Both the position numbers and the translations under genes were made by a program. A DNA stretch of 64,000 bases, taken from assembly GCA_950097015.1 (NCBI GenBank), contig CATNEN010000038.1, forward strand, positions 1,798,001-1,862,000. Direction: 5' to 3'. Of the stretch, positions 21,931 through 34,100 are shown piece by piece; the stretch's first letter is position 1, and the number at the start of each line of letters is the position of its first letter. Below the pieces are notes generated by a model, which worked only from the letters and a program-made list of their open reading frames with translations, did not search any database and had not been told where the DNA came from. This stretch comes from Macrostomum hystrix. Its lineage: Eukaryota > Animalia > Platyhelminthes.

Positions 21931-24303
21931 TCAGGCGGTGCTGCTGCTTTCGTTTTCATTGTCGTACATGACATGCCGGCCACTGTTCAATTGTCGACGC
22001 GGCGGAGGTGGTGGCGTTGGCACAGTTGACGGCACTGTCAGCTGATGCCGACGGTTCTCGTGCTGATGATGCCGCCTGGTCGAAGTGGTCGCAGCGCTGC
22101 TCTTTCTGGAGGCTTCATCGTCGCTGCAGCCAGAAGACGAATCGCTCGTTGACGACTCATCGTCGCTTTCGTCTTCGCTGGGCTGTTCAACGTGCTTCAC
22201 CATGCCCAGCTTCAGGCCGATCCAGTGGAACTTGGCTGAGATTTCATCTTGGATCAGGTTGATGCACATCGACAGCACGGTCAGGCCAAAGAAGCAGTAC
22301 AGAGCTCCGACTAGCAGCTCTGTGATGACGGCGTTCTGTGTTTTGAGGATTAAAAACCGAAACAAGATTCAACTAGCCTGGACGTTGCTGCATGGTAAAT
22401 CGACTGTTTCAGGGAATCTTTACTTTTTGAAGCTTATTTTATTTTAATTTTCATGGGGTTCTATAAGTAGCAATGATAGGAACTGGCAGGTACAGAATCA
22501 TTCTCACACTGTTGAACGGCCCATCTTTGCCTGGCACATAGTCACCGAATCCAATGGTGCTCAGTGTCACAAACGAGAAATAGGTGCCTTCCACAAGAGT
22601 CCACTTCTCCCAGAGGCGAAATACCGACGCTCCAACCAGGATGTAGAGGATAAGCAGCAAAATGGTTACGCTGATAGGAATATTTACAATGTCCTCCTCC
22701 TCGTCTTCGTCATCTTCGTCCTCTTCAACAACTACCATGTCTTTGACCTGGTTTGTAGAGTTTGCATTTGAATGAGTGAGGTATACGGAACAAGAAGAAT
22801 TTTAAGATACTTAAAAATATTTCGACGCTCTCGACGCTGACGAGAGCGTCGGGTCCCAGGCTCTGTACGAGAGAACCCAGCTGCAACTCCCATCCACCAT
22901 CCTGCGCCAGCGGCGGCTTCGACTGGCGGGCCATGTGATTCGGGCTGAGAAAGTTTGTTCAGGCGCGGCTAGGCTCGGACCTTCTGCAACGGCGCGCCAT
23001 CTGACGCTGCCTTCCTGACTTTTAGGGCTTGTGTCCTTTGTTGTTGTTGTTATTATTAAAGATGCTTTGAACTTGACGCAAACTTTTTCGCCTGTGCATT
23101 ACTTTATTATCATAATACCCTTGTTTGTGATCTAGGAACCAGTGCTGAAGTACTGCATGTAGATCCCCATGGATTTACTTTATCCTGCTGTTCCACCAGT
23201 CATCGATCAGAACTTGGACCACCTCCGTGCTTTATTCCCAGGGAAAGTGAATGAGGCAATCTTTAGTGCAACCTCAGTCAAGTGCCCCATCCAGGCTGTC
23301 CGTCACGAACCTTGGCCGGCGGCAGCTTGCCTCCTTCCTCGGCCGTTGTCCAAGAAGACTGCTGACGCTGTTCCCGAATCGATTCAGCAACGGCTCGCTC
23401 CTCTGCGGACTTCTTTTTAATGAAGCACTTGCAGCAGCAGATGTTCAGGTAGAAGGCTTTGAACAGCAGGGCCGTTGGCTCGCCAATTTTAGTGAGGAAT
23501 AGCAGCATGAGCGGAATGCCCAGTATGGCGTAAATCATGCAGACAATCTGGCCCCATGAAGTCCCCGGTGTGATGTGGCCGTAGCCTGGAGTCGTATATC
23601 CGAAGTAAAGATTTCTATCATTTGCATTTATCACTTCCTAAATGTAAGCCAAAGCAATTCATGAGTACTCACCAATTGTTGTTATAATTGTGACACAGAA
23701 GTACGCAGCGTTGGCAAAGTTCCAATAGGGGATATTATCCCCCTGGCCCAGCGTCGTGCAGTTCAGCCTCGGATCCATGCTCAGCGTGAAGACGTCCCTG
23801 GCGAAATCGCTGATCTCCTTGAAAATGCTCGCCTTGGCTTCGATGGCATTCTTGCCATTCTGTGCAATGTTGTAGATTCGATCCACAGCTTCGTTGCGCT
23901 TGGACAGGTATTTGTCGTACTTGGTCTGGCAGCTGGAAATCTCATTCTCCACCTCCAGGTACTGGAATAGGAAGCCGCCCATCACCACGTAGCAGATGAC
24001 GATCACGAAGGTGCCGAGCTGAGAGAGCATGATCGACCCGAAGCGCTTGAAGCAGCTGCGGCACTTGCCTTTTTCCTCGCCGGTCGAGTCGGTGGCCTCC
24101 GTGGCATTGCTGTGCTTCACTACTGCGGCCGCGTCAGTTTCTTGATTGAAGCCTCTGAAGCTCCATACGCCAGCGTGGTGAAAATGGCTAGTGCTAGCAG
24201 CGGATTTCGGCGGCGGTTGGCGGGCCTTCGGATTTCGCTTCGGCTGCTGCGGTAGGAAGCTACCGTCGAACAGGTCAGCCTCGAAGCCGCCGTTCGTGTG
24301 CAT
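21931..24303 (-). CDS. Two-pore-domain (K2P/TWiK-type) potassium channel, paralog 2; exons 24303-23673, 23585-23311, 22747-22508, 22335-21931; about 516 aa
   Basis: GT-AG introns at the same positions and phases as paralog 1. Pores are TTIG|YGHITP and STIGFGDYVPG, with four TM segments. Confidence 0.93.
22823..23058 (+). mobile_element. RTE-type LINE 3' fragment in intron 2 of K2P paralog 2
   Basis: Translates to ALYERTQLQLPSTILRQRRLRLAGHVIRAE (the RTE C-terminal RRLRxAGHV motif) and ends in a (TTG)n(TTA)n tail. Confidence 0.72.
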
Positions 24304-24351
24304 GTCTGCGGAATTTTTGTACACTCGGAATCAAATGGTTTGTAAACCATG

Positions 24352-24719
24352 CAGGGGTCGGCATCATGCGGTCGAGGGCCCTCGAAGCTCCCAAACCGGC
24401 CCGTTGCCCCTTCCAACACCTACAGTATCCTGTCTTATCTTCCCCTGTCTCATCTCTCCCATGTCTCCCGTCTCTCTCCCCTCTCATTTCTCCCTGTATC
24501 ATATCTTCTGTCTCATCCCTCCCCTGTCTCATCTATCCCGTGTCTCATCTATCCCGTGTCTCATCTCTTCTGTGTTTCATCTATCCTGTGTCTCATCTCT
24601 CCCCTGTCTCATCTATCCTGTGTCTCATCTCTCCCCTTTCTCATATTCCTACCCTTAATGCGACCCGCTGTCGTAGGTTCTCTCCGTGGCCCGCCCGCTA
24701 ATAAGTTTGCCGACCCCTG
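24352..24719. mobile_element. hAT-like MITE with internal CT-rich repeats
   Basis: TIRs CAGGGGTCGGCA (24352-24363) and TGCCGACCCCTG (24708-24719), as in Charlie/MER58-type ends. No matching 8-bp TSD. A diverged inverted partial copy lies at about 24780-24985. Confidence 0.68.
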
Positions 24720-27700
24720 TTCTATACTTTGTGCGCCAAGGAGAAAATCCATAATACGACAGCGGGCCATATTTCCAGTGGAGAGATAGTAGATAAGAGA
24801 GATTAGATATTAGATCGATATGAGCTAGTGGAGACATGACACGGGATAGATGAGCCAGGGGAGAGATGAGAAAGAGGAAAGATAAGACAGGAGAGAGACG
24901 AGACGTAGGAGATAAGGGGAGAGATAATACAGTGGAGAATAGGAGTTGAAAGGGCCAGGGACCGGATTATGGAGTTTTGAGGGCCGAGGCTTTCGCGGCT
25001 ATTAAGTACAGTAGTTACCTCAGCTGCAGTACAAGAGTGACACAACATGCACACCGACATAAATCGTATTTTAAGAATCCAGAAATCAAACGTACCTGTA
25101 CTTTATGTGGACTTCTGTAAGGTAATCGAATAATTTTTTCCCAATCAATTGGCTTTTCGTACAGATTCTCAATTCGCTTTAAATAACGTGTGTTTTCATA
25201 TTATAGTCAAACATGGCTGAATGCCGAGTTCAGCAGCTTTCACCAATGGGAAGCTGCCATCCACCACCTGTGGTAGTAGAGCTACATGCAGCAAATGGCG
25301 CTTTGCCAGCTCTATAGCGCGATGAGAGGAAGGGAAAGCTGCATGGGGCTGCTGAGTTCGCTAGGTAAACAGAGGCGCTCACTGAGCTGAGAACACATCG
25401 GGTGGTGGGCTGCACACCGGTGGGCCAGACTAGGTAATGCCAGCTTCAAGCCCAAGAGCCTGCAGCTTCGAGGGATGCTTGCTGAACTGGAAGGGAGGCT
25501 TCTGTTTGAAGGAGCTGCACAGGGGGCTGAGAAAAGGGCGAGGAACGATGGGGAAGCAGCGTCCCATGGCAACCGCAAGACCAAGCTTTGCTTTGTCATA
25601 GCAACGCACACATTACGGCGGCTGAGAGAAAAATAGTAGAGGAAAACATGGCAAACAATAAATGAAGCTGCGAAACTGCACAAAACTGCAAAGAAGCTTG
25701 TAGATTCTCTGCATGTAGGCATGATGCAAAGAAACAGCTCTTCAATAACAAAGAGTATTTTAGTAATGTGAGTGCTGACTGAAAAAGTATAACTGAAATT
25801 TGTGAAAAAATTACGCGAAAAATTTGCCAGCTTCAATCGAAATTGCGCATACTTGCAGCATACACTGCATACGATCATGGATCGATATAAATTAACACCT
25901 ATATATTATATTCAGTCTTTTTATTTCGCTCGACTGTTGTTTTGTGTAGGGGCGAGTGGGTCAGCGGCTAACGTCGCTGCCTCGCACTCCAAAGGACGCT
26001 AGTTCGATTCACCCTTCAAGTCACGATTAATTTCGGGACTTGTTGGGGGTTTTGGACAGTAGCGACCGGCGGAGGTGCACCATATTTCGTGCAATCAAAG
26101 CTTGAAATAATAGCTTCGCTCCTACCTTCTGTGCCTGTTCTGCGTTGTGTGAGTTGTGTGCGTTGGTGCTGGGGCGTGAGACCTTGCGGGGGGTGGCTGG
26201 ATGGCGGGTGTACACCGCCGCGCGCTTTCTGGACTTCCGTCAGCGCGATTGGATAAGTGTACACTCATCACCCGCCCCCCCTGAGGACAGATTTCTTATC
26301 AACCTTCCGCCCCGGCTTGATCTGCTATGTGCGTGTGGGGCTGGGGTGGGGGACACTGCTGCCTATTCTGGGTGCCTCCTGCCCTCCCCGGCTGGTCTGT
26401 GCTGCTGTGTGTGGTGCCTGCTCAGGGGAGGCGGCGCGATGGGCGCAAAATCGCCTAGTTCGCCGGTCTGGGGGCGTGCCGCTCCGTCGTCGCTTGTGCG
26501 ACAAGTGCCCCGGGCCCCCCTGCAAATAGATAGATATAGTTGTTTTGTGCTCAAGCTGCAGGGACCGCGCAGGCGAGGCCAAGGGCGAACGGCGAGATTT
26601 CCTGAACGGCTTCTGAGTGATGCTGGCGCCCCGGACCAAGCTAGCGGATTTGACTTTTTGAGATCGTTGGCCCAGAAACGCGCTCTCTGACTGCTCTCCC
26701 CCTCTCCGGCCACTGTGTGGCTGGCGGGAGCAGTTCTTTGTTGTTGTTGTTGTTTGTGTAACATGTTTGTACTTTAATGAGTTTTTAATCTTTTTAAGTA
26801 TCATCAATCTGCAGAGATAATTGCATGATGTCGCTCGGGAAGGACACCAATATAACAGATGCAGATATATGCAAATATATGCAGATTTGCAGCATCTATC
26901 TTAATTTCTCCAGATTAATTCAGTCTCGGCTGACGAAGTAAAGTTAAAACAAAAGTTAAATGACAGGAAATGAGCTATTAAATGGGTAAATTACGACCAA
27001 ATAACTGACTAAAAGCTATATAAGAAGCATACATACATCATATAAGCTCCTTTACAGCTCGGTTGTGCACTTTCACTTATGTGAATTCGGGGACTATAGC
27101 TGAATTTAGGGAGACTATACTAATAAATTTAGTTTAGCCCAGTGTGAATTAAGGACGCTATTTAAAATGAGTTTATATTAGGAATTTCTTTTGTTGGAAA
27201 AATTATTAATGTCGCTATTAGGTTAATTTAGTATAACAGTGACTGTAAGGTTAGCAAAAATCTAGCAATTCTGTATCCGTATTCTTATTGGCGAAAAATT
27301 TTTGCCAGCCTTCTATGTATTACTTTTTGAGCTTCCGCATTTAAGTTAGGAGGTGGAGGTTTGCATTGATAAATCCTGAAAACATGTTGGAAGAACGAAA
27401 AATAAAACATAACTAATTTTACCGGTTTTAATAACGATTTAATCACGTAAATTCCATGTTCGCGAGTTTAAATGTTTACGAAAATTTTAATTGATGAATT
27501 TCATTTCCTAACAAACCTGTACTTTAATTCGTTAGTCCGTGACCGATGCTAATGCTCACCTCTGCTAGCTAGTAAATTTCCAACTGACTGACGTCACGTG
27601 CATCGTTTCTTTGCTGCTATCATTCTTATTTGAGCTGTAAAACAGTGTTAAATTCTATTTTAGTAAACTAGACCACAGCATCTGTATGATCTGTTTGTAC

Positions 27701-28157
27701 CTTGCTTAGCTGTTTATTGTTTAAAGCAGACCATAAAACAATTAATTTGTTTCTTTTCTGCACAAAAATACTTTAATAAAGGTTGTTTTAGCTGCTTGTG
27801 TAATAAAGGCTGCTTGTTAAGCATTTCGTTTAGAGAACTATTTTGTGTTGTGCTGCTCTGAGATCACATTTTGTGTAGTGTAGCTAAGCAGAGCTAGCTA
27901 GGTATAGCTGAGACAAAGGCTAGAATAGCAAGCTAGCCAGCAACAACTTCCCAAAAAATAACTTGTACTAATTTTGTTTAGTCTATATCTACCTATATAT
28001 ACTATATCTACCAAAGTCAGTGCTACTGGGTCTAATAAAAACATTTATAGCAGAATAGGATAAGAGAGATTAATCATCCGACTAAGGCTACTGCTGCGAT
28101 TCCTGCTCCAATTCCAGCAGCCGAATTTATCATTGTTAATGATAAAAATCATTAACA

Positions 28158-31100
28158 ATGTTACGTGAAGTTTTTGCAAAAGGAAAAGATTTGGCAGAAA
28201 AGATGTAAGTATTTTTTTGTAAAAATGTTTGTTTTCCAATTTTTATTGTCATTTTGATGACTCTATTTGGACTATTTTCAAGTACATAGTGAAAGCTGGC
28301 TAATCATTCATAATGAGTTTTGTACTATGCAAAAATGAGTTGTAGATAGCTATTCAAAGACAATTAGTTCATAATTTTTTATTTTTAGCTAGCCATTAAG
28401 TATCAGTGTACCGCAAAAGAAAGAAATACATATTTCTAGCTAATTTTAACTTACTTATTGATAGAGCTCTAGTTAATTAAAGAAATACTCAGCCAGCAAA
28501 ATGTTTAAACATGTAGCTATGTACTCGTATAGGCCTAGTTAAAAGCTATTAAAATGGTTATTGTTTCATAGCTATATAAGATAGATTATCCTAAATACGT
28601 AGGTTATATCCAAATGGAAATATGAGCATACATAACACTTTTGGCTTTTGCTGAATCATTTTATTTAACTCTAAATTCCTATTAAACTAAATGTGTCTAT
28701 AAATTGCAATCTAAATGTTTTATTTAGTTGTTACTGTTATAGCTTATTCATTGTTTACTTTTTTCTAGATTAAAAATGGTTTTATCTAGCTTTGGGTAGA
28801 CTAGACTGCCTAATTTTTTAGTTTTTGCCATGATAAAAAATGTGTATTTTGTAGTAAAAGTTGGATGTTATCAATTTTTTAGGATTTCGTTTTATTGTTT
28901 TAAAGTTATTCTTAGAATTTGGATTCTGGATACCTAGGTTAAGGCTAACAAAGATCAACCCTTTATATATTAGAGTCAGTAAGCTTGATGTTATTATTCT
29001 TGACCTACTTACCTACTTATGACCTACTACAGTTTTTGGATTCATTTCAATCATTTCAATAGTCTCCAACAGAATACTTTGTTTTAAAACCATCACTGTC
29101 ATGAATTTTTTGAGTAGCACTCCATGGACACAACAGCTGTATGATACAGTCTTCTGATACACTGCATAATTTCTGTGTCTGTGCTGTTGGCTAAACATCT
29201 GACCCATTTGGGGCAGGTGTAATCAATTATGTGCTAGTATTAATTGTTGAATTAATTGAGTAATAATAACCATATCACATATCATAAAGTTTTTGAAAGC
29301 AGAACTTTCGAATTTCTTGTTTCTAAAAATCAGAACCTTACTCTATACAATTTACAACCTTACTAAAATCCATCTCCACATTAGGACCAATGTGGTGATG
29401 AACTACACAGATCTTGAAGGCAAAGTTCGAGAAGCCACTAACGATGATGCCTGGGGACCACATGGCGAGCTAATGCAAGAGCTGGCTAATGCCACAATGA
29501 GCTATGAACAGTTTCCAGAAGTGATGGGCATGCTCTGGAAGCGAATGTTGTTCGATAATAAAAGAAACTGGCGGCGCGTTTACAAGGTTTGTGCCAACCT
29601 TGTTTGCAAGTTTGCAACAGTAACCTTGGCTAAAATCGTATCAGGAACCGCAGGTAGAATCGCAGCAGTAGCCTTAGTAGGAATGGCTGCTGGAATCGGA
29701 GCATGAATCGCAGTTAGAATCGCAGCAGTAGCCTTAGTCGGGATTGTTGCTGGAATCGGAGCATGAATCGCAGTTAGAATCGCAGCAGTAGCCTTAGTCG
29801 GGATTGTTGCTGGAATCGGAGCATGAATCGCAGTTAGAATCGCAGCAGTAGCTTTAGTCGGGATGGCTGCTGGAATCGGAGCAGGAATCGCAGCAGTAGC
29901 CTTAGTCGGAATGGCTGCTGGAATCGGAGCAGGAATCGCAGTTAGAATCGCAGCAGTAGCCTTAGTCGGGATGGCTGCTGGAATCGGAGCAGGAATCGCA
30001 GCAGTAGCCTTAGTCGGAATGGCTGCTGGAATCGGAGCAGGAATCGCAGCAGTAGGCTTGCTCAAGTTTGTTTCGCAGAATCGCAGAACGTTCTAATTTC
30101 TACTTATCGATGAAACAATGTGATGCCTGCTTCCTTAATGCCACCAGTCGCTCCTGCTGCTGACTTATCTTGTGCGGCACGGCTCAGAGCGGGTTGTGAC
30201 CAGCGCCCGTGAGCACATCTACGACCTGCGCGGCCTTGAGTCCTATCAGTTCATTGACGAGAGAGGCAAAGACGAAGGCGTTAACAGTGAGTGCTTAGAC
30301 TGTACAACAAAATAATCTTTAGAGCACTTTTATCTACTCTTAAATGCCTGGATACAGCAATGACCCACCAAAGATCATGCATGATGCTGCAATGATCCAC
30401 CAAAGATCATGTAGGATGCTGCAATGACCCACCAAAGATCATGCATGATGCTGCAATGATCCACCAAAGATCATGTAGGATGCTGCAATGATCCACCAAA
30501 GATCATGTAGGATGCTGCGATGACCCACCAAAGATCATGTACGGATGCGGCAATGACCCACCAAAGATCATGTAGGATGCTGCGATGACCCACCAAAGAT
30601 CATGTAGGATGCTGCAATGACCCACCAAAGATCATGTAGGATGCTGCAATGACCCACCGAAGATCATGTAGGATGCTGCAATGACCCACCGAAGATCATG
30701 TAGGATGCTGCAATGACCCACCAAAGATCATGTAGGATGCTGCAATGACCCACCAAAGATCATGTAGGATGCTGCAATGACCCACCAAAGATCATGTAGG
30801 ATGCTGCAATGACCCACCAAAGATCATGTAGGATGCTGCAATGATCCACCGAAGATCATGTGGGATGCGGCAATGACCCACCAAAGATAATGTAGGATGC
30901 TGCAATGATCCACCGAAGATCATGTAGGATGCTGCAATGACCCACCAAAGATCATGTACGGATGCGGCAATGACCCACCAAAGATAATGTAGGATGCTGC
31001 AATGATCCACCGAAGATCATGTAGAATGCTGCAATGACCCACCAAAGATCATGTAGGATGCTAGAATGACCCACTGAAAGCTGCACCATCTCCATCTCCT

Positions 31101-34100
31101 TAACAGTCCGACACAAGGCCAAGGAGCTGGTGGAGTTCATTCAAGACGACATCAGGCTGAGGGAGGAGCGGAAGGCTGCTCGCAAGAATCGGGACAAGTA
31201 CACCGGCTACTCCGGAGAATCATTGGGCGGCAGCAGAAGCTTCGGCGGCAGCAGCGGCTTCGGTGGCAGCAGCGGCTTCGGCGGCAGCAGCGGCTTCGGT
31301 GGTGCGACATTTGATATTTTTTCTAATCTGAAAATTTTTAATGGAGATTTTTCTTACGTCCTTAGATTTCTCTCGCTACCCGTCCTAGAAGATCCCCAAT
31401 ACTGGTGCCATTGCCAGAAATCCCCAATATTGGTGCCATTGCCAGAGATCTCCAAGACTGCCACAGATCCTCAAGATTACCACAGATCCTCAAGATTACC
31501 ACAGATCCCCAATACCGACTCAGATCCCCAATACCGACTCAGATCCCCAATACAGACTCAGATCCCCAATACTGACTCAGATCCCCAATACAGACTCAGA
31601 TCCCCAATACTGACTCAGATCCCCAATACAGACTCAGATCCCCAATACAGACTCAGATCCCCAATACTGACTCAGATCCCCAATACAGACTCAGATCCCC
31701 AATACTGACTCAGATCCCCAATACTGACTCAGATCCCCAATACAGACTCAGATCCCCAATACAGACTCAGATCCCCAATACTGACTCAGATCCCCAATAC
31801 AGACTCAGATCCTCAAGACTGCCACAGATCCCCATGACAAGTTTCATTACGCAGATCTTTAACACTTTACTTATTAAAGTATCTCATATTGCTAGATTTA
31901 CTTACATCTAAGCATTAATTACAGGCGGTGCCTTTTCTGATAACTATGGCTCCGGAGGCGGCAACGGCGCTGCCGGCGGTGGCGGCGGTGGCAGTCGTCT
32001 CGGCGAAATCGACGACTGGGAGGGCGGCCGTTACCGCACCATGAAGGATGACGTCATTGATCGAGTCAAAGACATGTGGAGTGCGCGCAGGCCGCCCATT
32101 GATGAAGATTTCAAGTGAGTTTCTAAGAAATATTATTTATTTACCCGGCCGGCCTTTGAAATCAACGATAATTTTTACCCCGTGCCGAGCAGGCTGCCGC
32201 GCCCTTCCTTACCCTCTCCGATTCGCACTGCGGCTTCTTCTAGTGGCGGTAGTGTTCCAGTTTCTGGTGTAACATTCGACCCGCCCTGCCTAGCCCAAGG
32301 CTACAGGCGGTTTAGGTTTGAGATTCTCAATTATTCCATCTCGCCAAGCTTATTGAGCTGTCAGCGGGTGCTTTGAGGAGGCTTATTTGGGGTCGGAGTT
32401 TAGTGCCAGCATTTCTCGTGCTGCTGCGCATACAATGAATTTTTTATTTGAGACCCTAATTCTGTTACCGCATTATATGCTTATATTTTCGCACTAAAGA
32501 ACTGGGTATACATTCTTCACTGCTGTAAGAAGAAGATTGCCTTTTTGTTATTTTTCTGGCAAATTTTGAGATCTGGAAGTTATTTGATTTTTCTGCGTCG
32601 ACGCAGAAAGGGCTTTTTGCAACGAATGCATCGATTCTTAATACTTTGCGCTGGTTGCATTTAGTTGCAGGCAATTTAAATTCTTATTTCTAACCTTCTC
32701 TGCCTTGTATTCACTAACAATTCACAAAACTTTAACTCATTTAACTGTTTATTATAGGCATTTTCCTCCGAACTAAGATCATTGAAATAATTAAGACAAG
32801 CAATGGAAATTATTATTAAAGTCTGAACGAGACGCTAGCCGTAACTAATATTGGTCAATGGCGACCCATTAAAAACCCACAAAAACCATTTTGAGTACAA
32901 TTTGATCCAATGAAACCGACTTGAATGAGATGTGACCAATTACCACCAATTTAAAAAGATGTGACCCTGTAACACAAATTTAAAATAGATGTGACCCATT
33001 ACCACGAATTTAAAAAGGTGTGACCCATTAGCACCAGTTAAAATAAGATGTGACCCATTAGCACTAGTTTAAACAAGATGTGACCCATTAGCACCAGTTT
33101 AAATAAGATGTGACCCATTAACACCAATTTCAATAAGATGTGACCCATTAACACCGATTTAAATAAGATGTGACCCATTAACACCAATTTAAATAAGATG
33201 TGACCCATTAACACCAATTTCAAAAAGATGTGACCCATTAGCACTAGTTTAAACAAGATGTGACCCATTGGCACCAGTTTAAACAAGATGTGACCCATTA
33301 GCACCAGTTTAAACAAGATGTGACCCATTAGCACCAGTTTACATAAGATGTGACCCATTAACACCAATTTCAATAAGACATGACGAGTTAACACCAATTA
33401 AACACCAACACCAATTGGGTCAGATTTTACCCAACGGAACTGGTGAAACCCATTAAATCGGATGTGGGTCAAATGTTACCCATTATATCCAATCTAAGTC
33501 AGATTTTACCACTTAAACCGACATGGGTCAGCTGTATGCGAGCCATGGAAATGGATTTCGATGTAGTTATTTAGCTATAGTCCTGAATTGTCATGTTGAG
33601 TCGGCTTTGGCCCTGTGTCCAAATTGCGTACGGGTTCAGTTGTTCTAGGTTTTTTTTATTCGTCGTGCTCAGAGAAATTTTTTATGTATTTTTTAAAGTT
33701 ACTTTTGTATGACCTCTAAAGCAGCATACTGAGCTTGAGTTGTTATTATTTGCTCATCTGGTTTATACATGTCTATCCGCTGCATGCATGCTTGTTTTCT
33801 GTCTCTTCTGATAGGCAGGCTTGTAAAAGTCAAATAACTAGCACCTATTTCGTATCTGTAGCGTACCTTGATTTCGTTTGATTTAAAGCAAGGTTTTAGC
33901 AATTTCTCGTGTCATTTAAAGTACTTCACGACTGCATTTTGAGCTCTAATTAGCAATTAAAAAGCATATATATTACCTTCCATTTTTAACGCAAGCATGC
34001 GTAATTTAGATTAAGACTGATAGCTAAACCTGTTCTATTGCATATGTACAGTTCCTACCGCTTCCTACTCACTAAACATCAAGCCCCTACTTCTCATGTT

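Noticed and set aside
25210-26760. GC-richer segments with ORFs of 160-190 aa ending near (TTG)n
   Set aside because: Possibly a decayed element, but no recognisable motif, termini or splice structure.
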